64,000 nucleotides of DNA, taken from the NCBI GenBank assembly GCA_017935145.1, contig JAGBIE010000014.1:71047-135046 (forward strand), written 5' to 3'. Positions 1 to 8,012 of the stretch are shown here, piece after piece; the stretch's first letter is position 1, and each line of letters starts with the position of its first letter. The notes under the pieces are model-generated. The model saw nothing but the letters and a program-made list of their open reading frames with translations. It did no database searches and was not told the origin of the DNA. This DNA comes from Oscillospiraceae bacterium (GTDB lineage: Bacteria > Bacillota > Clostridia > Oscillospirales > Oscillospiraceae). The translations under genes and the position numbers were made by a program.

Positions 1-880
1 TTACTGCGTTGTGGATATGCACGCCATCACCGTTCGCCAAGTGCCTGCGGACCTGCGCCGTCGCAGTCTGGAGCAATTGGCGCAGTATATAGCCTGCGGT
101 CTTGACCCTGAAAAGAACATCATGTTCATTCAAAGCCATGTCCCTCAGCATGCAGAACTCAGCTGGGTTTTGGGTTGTTATACCCAGTTTGGCGAACTGA
201 GCCGTATGACCCAGTTTAAGGATAAGTCTCAAAAACACGCAGATAATATTAACGCGGGTCTTTTCACTTATCCCGTACTTATGGCGGCGGATATTCTCCT
301 GTATCAGTCTGACTTGGTGCCCGTGGGCGATGACCAGAAACAGCATGTGGAACTCTGTCGCGATATTGCAAGCCGTTTCAACTTCCTTTTCCCCGATACC
401 TTTACCATGCCGGAACCCTTCATTCCCAAAATGGGCGCTCGCATTATGAGCTTGGGCGCGCCGGATACCAAAATGTCCAAGTCTGACCCCGAAGGTTGCG
501 TCATTCTTATGGACAAACCTGAGGATATTATGCGCAAGTTTAAGCGCGCTGTCACAGACTGTGAATCTGCTGTGCGCTTTGATAAGGTGAATAAACCCGG
601 CATTTCCAATCTGCTCACCATCTACTGCGCTGCTACAGGCAAAACCATGGAAGAGGCAGAAGCAGAGTTTGCAGACAAGGGCTACGGTGTCTTTAAGCCC
701 GCTGTCGGCGAAGCGGTTGTGGAACTACTCCGTCCCATTCGGGAGGAGACAACTCGTCTGCTTACCGATAAAGCATATTTGGAATCCATTTACAAGGAGG
801 GTGCAGAAAAGGCATCCTACCTTGCCAATAAAACCCTGCGTAAGGTCTATAAAAAGGTGGGCTTTGTACCCCGCGGCTGA
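1..880 (+). CDS. trpS: tryptophan--tRNA ligase, 5'-truncated by window edge
   Basis: The frame is open from base 2. Motifs seen: VDMHAITV, FTYPVLMAADILLY, DLVPVGDDQKQH and KMSKSD (class I KMSKS loop). Collinear with Bacillus TrpS from about residue 45. Confidence 0.93.
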   Translation, partial: YCVVDMHAITVRQVPADLRRRSLEQLAQYIACGLDPEKNIMFIQSHVPQHAELSWVLGCYTQFGELSRMTQFKDKSQKHADNINAGLFTYPVLMAADILLYQSDLVPVGDDQKQHVELCRDIASRFNFLFPDTFTMPEPFIPKMGARIMSLGAPDTKMSKSDPEGCVILMDKPEDIMRKFKRAVTDCESAVRFDKVNKPGISNLLTIYCAATGKTMEEAEAEFADKGYGVFKPAVGEAVVELLRPIREETTRLLTDKAYLESIYKEGAEKASYLANKTLRKVYKKVGFVPRG

Positions 881-891
881 GGTAATTCACA

Positions 892-1989
892 GTGGATAGA
901 AGTGTCATTATAAAATTAATTTTGGCATTGGTTGTGGCTTGTGTGGCATCCTTTTTCTCCACACCCATGGTCAAATCCCTCGCTTATAAAGTTGGGGCAA
1001 TCGATGTCCCTAAGGACAACCGCAGAATGCATAAAACACCCATTCCTCGCTTGGGTGGTCTGGCTATTTTCCTTGCGTTCCTACTGGCAACCCTCCTCTT
1101 TGCGGAAATTTCCCGCGAAGTGCGAGGCATCCTCATGGGTGCAGTGCTTATTGTAATTTTGGGCGTGATGGATGACAGCATGGCGCTCCGTGCGCTCCCT
1201 AAGTTTTTGGTGCAGATTGTTGCCGCCATCGTGGTGGTTGCCCATGGCTGTAGTATTCAGTTCTTGTCCAACCCAAATGTGTTCAGTGAGTCTCTCTATC
1301 TGGATTTGGGCTGGCTTTCTGGACCTCTCACGGTGATTTGGATTGTCGCCATCACCAATGCAGTAAATTTTATCGATGGCTTGGATGGTTTGGCGGCAGG
1401 TGTTTCTGCCATCTCCACAGCAACGCTACTGGTGATTGCGCTCATGCTTTCTGAAATCAATGTGGCCATCATTTTGGCTGCCCTTTTGGGTGGTTGTTTG
1501 GGATTTTTACCCTACAATACAAACCCTGCCAAGATTTTCATGGGGGATACAGGTGCAACCTTCTTAGGATTTATTCTGGCTTGTCTCTCGGTACAGGGCT
1601 TGTTTAAGTTCTATGCGGTCATTTCTTTTGCTGTGCCCTTCCTTATTTTGGGCGTACCCATTTTCGATATCTGCTTTGCAGTGATTCGCAGAGTCATTCG
1701 TGGGCAAAATCCCATGCAAGCTGACCGTGGACATGTGCATCATCGGCTCATCGATATGGGTTTTAACCAAAAACAATCTGTGGCAATTATCTATGTGCTC
1801 ACGGGGCTTTTGGGTCTCAGCGCTGTGGTGCTTACCACATCGGGTGAAATGAGAGCAGTTATGCTTTTGGGGGCAATCTTACTGGTTTCAGTGGCTGCCT
1901 TCCAGTTGATAGCACCCCACCATTCCTCGCATTCTGCAGAGCAAAACACTGAGGATGCAGAAACCAAAGAGAAGAATCAAGAAGAATAA
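892..1989 (+). CDS. tagO: undecaprenyl-phosphate N-acetylhexosamine-1-phosphate transferase (MraY/WecA/TagO family, GT4)
   Basis: GTG start with GAGGT 8 nt upstream. Polytopic membrane protein. Motifs VPKDNRRMHKTPIPRLGG, NAVNFIDGLDGLA and FMGDTGATFLGF are typical of the family. Confidence 0.8.
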   Translation: MDRSVIIKLILALVVACVASFFSTPMVKSLAYKVGAIDVPKDNRRMHKTPIPRLGGLAIFLAFLLATLLFAEISREVRGILMGAVLIVILGVMDDSMALRALPKFLVQIVAAIVVVAHGCSIQFLSNPNVFSESLYLDLGWLSGPLTVIWIVAITNAVNFIDGLDGLAAGVSAISTATLLVIALMLSEINVAIILAALLGGCLGFLPYNTNPAKIFMGDTGATFLGFILACLSVQGLFKFYAVISFAVPFLILGVPIFDICFAVIRRVIRGQNPMQADRGHVHHRLIDMGFNQKQSVAIIYVLTGLLGLSAVVLTTSGEMRAVMLLGAILLVSVAAFQLIAPHHSSHSAEQNTEDAETKEKNQEE

Positions 1990-2004
1990 AAGGAGGCGGT
2001 AATC

Positions 2005-2790
2005 ATGAAGGAACAATATCGGCGTGGCCGAACCATTTTCCTGATGATTGCCGCCGCTGTTTTTGTTGTGGCTGTGGTATTCCTTTTGGCAGAGTTCTCC
2101 AATGGCTCACAAAAAAAGCAGGGCATCGTTCTGCCTCCGGAATCTTCTGGACCTATCACCAGACCCACCGAAGGGGAAACGAACCCTGATTTTGTGATTA
2201 TCACTGCCGAAAATCTTGAAAATTTAATTGAAAGCTTCGAAACACCTCTTTACTACACGCAGACCCTCAATCGTACAATCTATGGTGATGGCGCGGTAGA
2301 TATTTCAGTGATTCAAATTTGGAACTGTGATAAAATCCGTAAGGTTGAAATCCTGCAAGGTGGTGTAACCCGTCATTTCCTTTCTGATGGTGAAACCCTC
2401 TACCTTTGGTATGGTGACGATACAGACACGGTGGATCAAATCACCCTCTCTGCAGGCTTAACCATGGACGATATCTCTGGTATCCCCACCTATGAATCCT
2501 CTGTAAATCTGTTGGCAGAGGATATTCTGCAAGCTGCATACATTCCATATACCCAAGCGGTGGATGTGCACTATCTCTACCTGAGAACCAAACAGAGTAA
2601 AAGTATTACTACGGATTATTGGGTAGATATGTCCACGGGTCTTTTGCGCATGGCAGAAACCCGTGAGGGTGATGTGGTACTCTACAGCACCGATCAGGAC
2701 GCTCTCACCATCTTTGACACCCAAGACGAACTGTTGTCCCGTCTGCAACTGCCTGACGGCACCGCACCTTTCATTACTGGAGCAGAATAA
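2005..2790 (+). CDS. hypothetical N-terminally membrane-anchored protein
   Basis: AAGGAGG RBS 7 nt upstream. Single N-terminal TM helix (IFLMIAAAVFVVAVVFLL). No recognisable domain. Confidence 0.6.
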   Translation: MKEQYRRGRTIFLMIAAAVFVVAVVFLLAEFSNGSQKKQGIVLPPESSGPITRPTEGETNPDFVIITAENLENLIESFETPLYYTQTLNRTIYGDGAVDISVIQIWNCDKIRKVEILQGGVTRHFLSDGETLYLWYGDDTDTVDQITLSAGLTMDDISGIPTYESSVNLLAEDILQAAYIPYTQAVDVHYLYLRTKQSKSITTDYWVDMSTGLLRMAETREGDVVLYSTDQDALTIFDTQDELLSRLQLPDGTAPFITGAE

Positions 2791-3055
2791 AAGCGGCGAT
2801 GGTGATAAGCAAAGAGAGCCCATCACCTGTGTTTCCTTGCAAAAGGAGTAATACTAGCACCAACAGCACCAAAATATCCTGCATATCCAGATGGAGCGGA
2901 AATAACGGTGTGGAAGCGGTGGATTGTGGCGCAATTTTCATGGGGGCTGGGCAAGTCTGCTCCCGCGGATAAGATGGCAACTCTTCCTTGCTTGCAGGAC
3001 GGATGACCTCTCTGCGGTAAGTTCCCTCCGCTGTGGGAATATATCGGTTATACAA
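2774..3055 (-). CDS. small hypothetical protein with C-terminal hydrophobic segment
   Basis: 93-aa ORF, last gene of a three-gene minus-strand set. N-terminus MYNRYIPTAEGTYRR, C-terminal TM-like ILVLLVLVLLLL. Its 3' end overlaps the convergent 2005..2790 gene by 17 nt. Confidence 0.45.
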   Translation of the reverse strand: MYNRYIPTAEGTYRREVIRPASKEELPSYPREQTCPAPMKIAPQSTASTPLFPLHLDMQDILVLLVLVLLLLQGNTGDGLSLLITIAAFILLQ

Positions 3056-3070
3056 GTATTCACCCCCGCA

Positions 3071-3394
3071 CTATGTGCTGTCATTTTCCCGTTGCAAGAC
3101 AGTGCCTGCCAAACGGGAAAGTCTGCCAATCTGCATGGCTCGTTTGAGTTTTCTCTGTCGTGCATCATCCAAATAGGGTAGAAGCGCATGGAGAAGATTC
3201 TCTTGTTTAGGGTCGCATTTTTGCAAATCCTGCAAGATGCCCATAACGGCTCCAGCCATTTGCAAATCCTCTTGTGGTGGGGAGATGTTGCCTCCATCCC
3301 CACTGAGTCCAAGACTCTGTGCGATGGAGAAAATTTCATTCATCTTTTCGGGATCATTTAGCACATCTAAAATGGCGTTTTCCAAATTCTCCAT
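3071..3394 (-). CDS. small hypothetical cytoplasmic protein
   Basis: 107-aa ORF whose ATG lies 2 nt after the stop of the upstream gene (coupled). No recognisable domain. Confidence 0.5.
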   Translation of the reverse strand: MENLENAILDVLNDPEKMNEIFSIAQSLGLSGDGGNISPPQEDLQMAGAVMGILQDLQKCDPKQENLLHALLPYLDDARQRKLKRAMQIGRLSRLAGTVLQRENDST

Positions 3395-3396
3395 AG

Positions 3397-3636
3397 CTAT
3401 TTTTGCCCATTTAACCGCTCAATGAGTTTTGTGGCATCTGGCGATTCCATCACAGGTCTCACCAATTCTTGCGCGGTTTTGATATCGCCAGATTTTACTG
3501 CCGCTGCTGCTTTTTGCAGAAGCGCTCCACCATCCTTGTTGAGCATTCGGAGCAGTGCCTGCCCCTCGGGCGAAGCCAGAACCTTCTTAATATCCGCTTG
3601 ACTGAATGAGGGCAGGGGATTCGGTTTTTCCATCAT
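3397..3636 (-). CDS. small hypothetical protein
   Basis: The ORF track extends this ORF to 3681. However, a GGAGG lies 4-7 nt upstream of the tandem ATG ATG at 3636/3633, giving MMEKPNPLPSF... Confidence 0.5.
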   Translation of the reverse strand: MMEKPNPLPSFSQADIKKVLASPEGQALLRMLNKDGGALLQKAAAAVKSGDIKTAQELVRPVMESPDATKLIERLNGQK

Positions 3637-3700
3637 AACACCTCCGAGCAATGTCTTATCTGTATCACTATATGCCATCAAAAAGGCAAAGGTGCAACAA

Positions 3701-4168
3701 ATGAAAATTTTAATTCTCTCCGATTCCCACGGGGAACAATGTTATATGGAACAGGCTGTGCTACAGGAAAAGCCGGACTGCATCATCCACTTAGGTGACC
3801 ATAGCCGTGATGCCGATACCTTGGGACAAACCTTCCCCAGCATTCCCATGTTATCTGTGGCAGGCAATTGCGATTTTGCTTCCATGGCGGAAGAAACTCT
3901 TGTCACAGATGTTCGAGGTGTGCGCTTTTTCATCACTCACGGTCATCGCCATGGCGTGAAAACGAACTTGCTTCGATTAGGCTACGCTGCCCAAGAACAT
4001 TTGGCGCAGATTGTCCTTTACGGACACACTCATGTGGCGGATTCTCGGCAGTTGGGGGATATCCATTTTCTCAATCCTGGCGCTTGTAGCGGTGCAAAAC
4101 CCTCATATGCAGTGGTGGAAATTCCACAACAAGTGGAGTTTACTTGCCGTATTGAATATTTTCTGTAG
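3701..4168 (+). CDS. YfcE/MJ0936-family metallophosphoesterase
   Basis: MKILILSDSHGE, HLGDH, GNCD and THGH motifs of the calcineurin-like phosphoesterase fold. About 155 aa. Confidence 0.8.
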   Translation: MKILILSDSHGEQCYMEQAVLQEKPDCIIHLGDHSRDADTLGQTFPSIPMLSVAGNCDFASMAEETLVTDVRGVRFFITHGHRHGVKTNLLRLGYAAQEHLAQIVLYGHTHVADSRQLGDIHFLNPGACSGAKPSYAVVEIPQQVEFTCRIEYFL

Positions 4169-4179
4169 GAGGAACAAAT

Positions 4180-4950
4180 ATGCTTTTAGTCATTGATATT
4201 GGCAACACCAATGTTGTGGTGGGCTTTGTGGAAGACAAAAATATCATTCGCAAGGCTCGCATTGCTACCGATCCTATCAAAACCTCAGACCAGTATTGGA
4301 TTGAACTGAAGAATATTTTGGAGTTGTTTGAGATCTCTAAGGATTCCATCGAGGGTGTTATTATCTCCTCCGTGGTCCCTCCCGTGCTCAACTCCTGTCG
4401 TACTGCCGTGCTGAAACTGACAGGTATCGAACCCATGGTGGTTGGCCCTGGCATGAAAACTGGTGTCAACATCCTTTTGGATAATCCCGCACAAGCGGGT
4501 AGCGACCTGATTTGCGCAGCTGTGGCAGCGGTCAAGGAATATCCTATGCCCGCGGTGATTATTGATATGGGAACAGCCACCACCATGATGGTGCTGGATA
4601 AAAATGGTGCTTTTTTGGGTGGCAGCATTTGCCCCGGTGTCCGCATTTCCTCGGAAGCGCTTACCAATCGCACTGCGCAGCTGCCGGGCATTAGTTTGGA
4701 GGCCCCTAAAAAGGCAATCGGCAGAAACACTGTGGATTGTATGCGCAGTGGTGTCATGCTTGGCGCTGCCGCCATGCTTGATGGCATGGTAGAACGCATG
4801 GAAGCGGAATTGGGGCAAACTCCCACGGTAGTGGCAACAGGTGGCATTGCCCGCTATGTAATTCCCATGTGTCGCCGTGAAATTTTGTATGATCATGATC
4901 TTTTGCTGAAAGGACTTGTGATTCTCTATGAGAACAACCGCAGATCCTAA
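4180..4950 (+). CDS. coaX: type III pantothenate kinase
   Basis: MLLVIDIGNTN N-terminus, IDMGTATT and ATGG motifs of the ASKHA-fold CoaX family. 256 aa. Confidence 0.9.
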   Translation: MLLVIDIGNTNVVVGFVEDKNIIRKARIATDPIKTSDQYWIELKNILELFEISKDSIEGVIISSVVPPVLNSCRTAVLKLTGIEPMVVGPGMKTGVNILLDNPAQAGSDLICAAVAAVKEYPMPAVIIDMGTATTMMVLDKNGAFLGGSICPGVRISSEALTNRTAQLPGISLEAPKKAIGRNTVDCMRSGVMLGAAAMLDGMVERMEAELGQTPTVVATGGIARYVIPMCRREILYDHDLLLKGLVILYENNRRS

Positions 4951-6091
4951 CAAAATTCATGCGGATGTAGACGATACTTTCATTTCGGCGGAAGAATTGC
5001 GCGCAATTTCCAATCGTTTTGCAACACCATGGTTTCTCTATGATGAAAAACAACTCCGCCAAAGGGCGGAGTTGTTACATAACTTGTTTCATCTACCAGA
5101 GCATAAGCACTATATTCCTGTGTGCCGTTGCCCGCATATGGCATTACTTCGCTTGTATCGTGAGTTAGGTTACGGCGCGCAGTGTTGCACGCCTGAGGAA
5201 TTGCGACTTGCCTTGGACTGCGGTTTCCGTGGCGAGGATATTCTCTATGCCACCATGAGCTTATCACAGGAATTTGCAAACATCCTTGCGGATTTGCAGG
5301 TGGGATTGCTTGCAGGTTCTACCATGGCGCTTAACCATCGTTTGCCCGATTCGGTGTATCTTTTGGTGCAACTTCCTACCAAACGCAATCGCCCAGGCGC
5401 TTCCAAAGTGGAACGCTATCGTCAGGGTATAAACGCAGAAGAACTTCCTAAGATTGCGCAGGACTTGCGGAAACGTGGTGTGCCTCGTGTTGGTCTATGG
5501 CATCGCTACGAGGGTAATGTGACGGAGGAGGATTTCCTCTCTGACCGCATGAATAAACTTAAGAGTCTCTGTGAGGACATGGCGGAGCAGGGTGCTGAAA
5601 TTTCTGCGTTTCACATGGATGGTGGTTTGGGTGTAGCCTTTGACCGCTACAAGCCCAAACGTATCGATTTGGATCTGCTCTCCAAGAATGTAAGCGCCTA
5701 TGTTCCATTTGCCCACGAAAGGATATCCTTCTCCTTGGGTGATTTTGTCCTTGGTCCTTGCGCGCTTTATGTTACCACCGTATTGGCGGTGGAGCGGAAA
5801 GCGAATCCTGCTGTCATCGTGGATGGCACACCATCCCACATTCGGTTTACCAGCATTGACCACTACCACCATACCTCCTTAGCGGGCATGGATTGGCTCA
5901 ATGGCAGACAAATGTGTAGTGTCTACAGCAATCAGGCAGGGAACAATGAATGGCTTGCCCGTGGTCGCCTGATGCATCATCCTGAGGAAAACGATATCAT
6001 TCTGATGCATGACATGGGCGCTTCCATCCAATCGTGGGAGAATTGTACCGTGCTGTTTCGGGATGAAAACGGCAAGGTCGGTCGCCTATAA
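4928..6091 (+). CDS. Orn/DAP/Arg decarboxylase (alanine racemase-fold, PLP fold type III) homolog, apparently catalytically degenerate
   Basis: Collinear with LysA-type landmarks: ATPWFLYDE, GYGAQCCTPEEL and HMDGGLGVAF. VCRCPHMALL replaces the canonical V-K-A-N motif that carries the PLP lysine, SLGD replaces EPGR, and there is no CESxD cysteine. Confidence 0.6.
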   Translation: MRTTADPNKIHADVDDTFISAEELRAISNRFATPWFLYDEKQLRQRAELLHNLFHLPEHKHYIPVCRCPHMALLRLYRELGYGAQCCTPEELRLALDCGFRGEDILYATMSLSQEFANILADLQVGLLAGSTMALNHRLPDSVYLLVQLPTKRNRPGASKVERYRQGINAEELPKIAQDLRKRGVPRVGLWHRYEGNVTEEDFLSDRMNKLKSLCEDMAEQGAEISAFHMDGGLGVAFDRYKPKRIDLDLLSKNVSAYVPFAHERISFSLGDFVLGPCALYVTTVLAVERKANPAVIVDGTPSHIRFTSIDHYHHTSLAGMDWLNGRQMCSVYSNQAGNNEWLARGRLMHHPEENDIILMHDMGASIQSWENCTVLFRDENGKVGRL

Positions 6092-6277
6092 GATGGCGAA
6101 AAGCGTCAACGTACACACGCAGACACAGAGGGCGATCACCACTCCCGAAAGAGTCTCCACTGCATCGCAAACATGCTGCCAAATGCGGCATTTTGCGATG
6201 CTTTTTGCTTTTGCCGATTCTTGTTTCTGTAAATTTTGGAAGTAGTTTGTCATATCAATTACGTTATTGTGCTTCAT
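6086..6277 (-). CDS. possible 63-aa tail-anchored small membrane protein
   Basis: AAGGAGGG RBS 7 nt upstream of the internal ATG (MKHNNVIDM...). C-terminal hydrophobic VVIALCVCVCTLTLFAIL. Convergent with the previous gene and overlapping it by 6 nt. Confidence 0.35.
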   Translation of the reverse strand: MKHNNVIDMTNYFQNLQKQESAKAKSIAKCRIWQHVCDAVETLSGVVIALCVCVCTLTLFAIL

Positions 6278-6408
6278 GGGATGTCCCTCCTTGTTCGTTG
6301 TGCTTTCAATATAAGACATATTGTGTACAATAAAAGGGACATAAAAAGGTGTATTATGGCAACCGTAGCTGTTTTGGGATAATTTAACGGAAATGTAACA
6401 TAAAAAGA

Positions 6409-6437
6409 TTGCAAATTGTAACCTTTCCCGCTATACT
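6409..6437 (+). promoter_or_regulatory. sigma-A-like promoter upstream of the lysozyme gene
   Basis: TTGCAA (6409-6414), 17-nt spacer, TATACT (6432-6437). Confidence 0.5.
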
Positions 6438-6493
6438 TTCCCAAAGAAGAAATCACCCATTTCCGTGCAAACGGGCTGAGAAAGGATACTTTT

Positions 6494-7783
6494 GTGAAAA
6501 AAAGCATTTGCTGGTTTCTGATTTTGCTGACTGTTTTAGGTTGTCTTTCCGGTGTAACATTGGCAGCGCCCAATGAGTACTCCATCAGCAATAGCGGAAT
6601 CAACTTTATTAAAAATCAAGAGGGCTTCTTGCAGTACAAAATCTGGGATAATACCCAGTACAGTATTGGCTACGGCTCTGCCTGCTCTAAGGATGCCTAT
6701 CCCAACGGCATTACGAGGGAAGAGGCGGAGGTGCTTTTGCGCCAGCACTTAGTTGGCGTAGAAAAGAAACTCAATGAATTCTTGGTGGGCAATAACATCC
6801 CCGTGGGGCAAGCTCAATATGATGCGTTAGTCTCTTTCTCCTACAACGTTGGCGTCAACTGGCTCAAAGATAGCCGTTTGGCTGACCTATTCTTGGATTC
6901 CAAGGACGGCATTGGCTTCAGCGCCTTTGACTTTGCCAGCGCCATCGGCGTTTGGTGTCACGTGGGTAAATCTATTGCCAGCGGTCTGGTTATTCGCCGA
7001 GTCAGAGAACTGAAACTCTTCCTCCATGGTGACTACACCGGCAACGATTCTCCCGACTATGTATATCTGCAGGTGGATGTGGCTGGTGGCGATTTCCTGC
7101 CGGATATCTATTTCTATCCCAAGGGAAAAGCCTTTGGCGTTCTCCCCAAAACCACAAAGAAGAATGCTCAATTCCAAGGTTGGTACGATGGTAACGGTAA
7201 TAAAATTACCGAAGCCTCCATTGCCCAGGGCAACCTCCGTGTAACAGCCCGTTGGCAGAACCCCCAAAGCGCCAGCAAGGTGTTTTCTGACCTGTTGGAA
7301 ACGGACTGGTACTATGGCTACGTGGACGAACTGTACAACGGCGGTGTTGTCAACGGCTTTACCGATGGCACCATGCGTCCCAAGGGCATCGTCAGTATCG
7401 GCGAAGCGCTGAAGATGATTTTCCTTGCCAGTGGCTATCCCGAGCGTCCCCCCACGCTGTTAGACCCCTACCAGTGGGCTAGTGGCTATCGCGCGCTTGC
7501 CATTCAGCTGGGTATCTTAGATCCCGATGAAGCCACTGTACTCAGCGAGCCCGCCACCCGTTCTTTGGTTGCCGAGGTCGCTGCCAAGGCACTGAAACTG
7601 ACGGAAACCGCAGGCGTGGAAGATGCCTTTGTGGATACCAAAGACCCCAACGTCTTGGCTCTGTATTTGGAAGGTATTGTGCTTGGTAGCTTGGATGCCC
7701 AAGGCAACCGCTATTACCATCCCAACAATTCCATTACCCGTGCAGAGATTTTTGCCATCGTCTCCCGTATCATGAACAGATAA
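6494..7783 (+). CDS. secreted GH24 (phage-type) lysozyme with a Listeria-Bacteroides-type repeat and C-terminal SLH-like wall-binding repeats
   Basis: GTG start followed by a signal peptide (LILLTVLGCLSGVTLA). GH24 core FIKNQEGF...YSIGYG...YDALVSFSYNVG. FQGWYDGNGNKI...RVTARW repeat. SLH-like FSDLLETDWYYGYVDELY...GFTDGTMRP and FVDTKDPN...ITRAEIFAIVSRI. Confidence 0.8.
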   Translation: MKKSICWFLILLTVLGCLSGVTLAAPNEYSISNSGINFIKNQEGFLQYKIWDNTQYSIGYGSACSKDAYPNGITREEAEVLLRQHLVGVEKKLNEFLVGNNIPVGQAQYDALVSFSYNVGVNWLKDSRLADLFLDSKDGIGFSAFDFASAIGVWCHVGKSIASGLVIRRVRELKLFLHGDYTGNDSPDYVYLQVDVAGGDFLPDIYFYPKGKAFGVLPKTTKKNAQFQGWYDGNGNKITEASIAQGNLRVTARWQNPQSASKVFSDLLETDWYYGYVDELYNGGVVNGFTDGTMRPKGIVSIGEALKMIFLASGYPERPPTLLDPYQWASGYRALAIQLGILDPDEATVLSEPATRSLVAEVAAKALKLTETAGVEDAFVDTKDPNVLALYLEGIVLGSLDAQGNRYYHPNNSITRAEIFAIVSRIMNR

Positions 7784-7784
7784 A

Positions 7785-7816
7785 CATATCCCCTCCAGCA
7801 GGAGGGGATATTTCTG
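7785..7816 (+). terminator. intrinsic terminator after the lysozyme gene
   Basis: CATATCCCCTCC / GGAGGGGATAT stem with a 4-nt loop, followed by a T-rich tail. Confidence 0.7.
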
Positions 7817-7877
7817 TACGTTTTATAGGACTCAAGTTGTGTTATCCTTAGATCATCCAAGAAAAGGAGATGATCTT

Positions 7878-8012
7878 ATGGGTTTTACACTTCGATATAT
7901 TTATGATCACGTAGCGGTGTACTCTCCGGAGGGCGCATTCATTTTGAGCGCCGATACCCGTGAGGAAGCACTGCGCTTTATGGAGGAGTATCTTGAAGAA
8001 CTTCAGGATTGA
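7878..8012 (+). CDS. 44-aa small ORF overlapping the truA start
   Basis: AAGGAGA RBS 7 nt upstream of the ATG. Product: MGFTLRYIYDHVAVYSPEGAFILSADTREEALRFMEEYLEELQD. Below the ORF-track size cutoff. Its 3' end contains the truA RBS and start codon. Confidence 0.4.
   Translation: MGFTLRYIYDHVAVYSPEGAFILSADTREEALRFMEEYLEELQD

Noticed and set aside
4140-4953. Two overlapping minus-strand ORFs (235 and 222 aa) opposite coaX
   Set aside because: coaX is clearly coding (DIGNTN and the other ASKHA motifs). The antisense ORFs have no RBS or domains and overlap each other in different frames.
6494-7783. Prophage remnant around the GH24 lysozyme
   Set aside because: No integrase, holin, terminase, capsid or tail genes, and no att-like repeats nearby. 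The neighbours are housekeeping genes.
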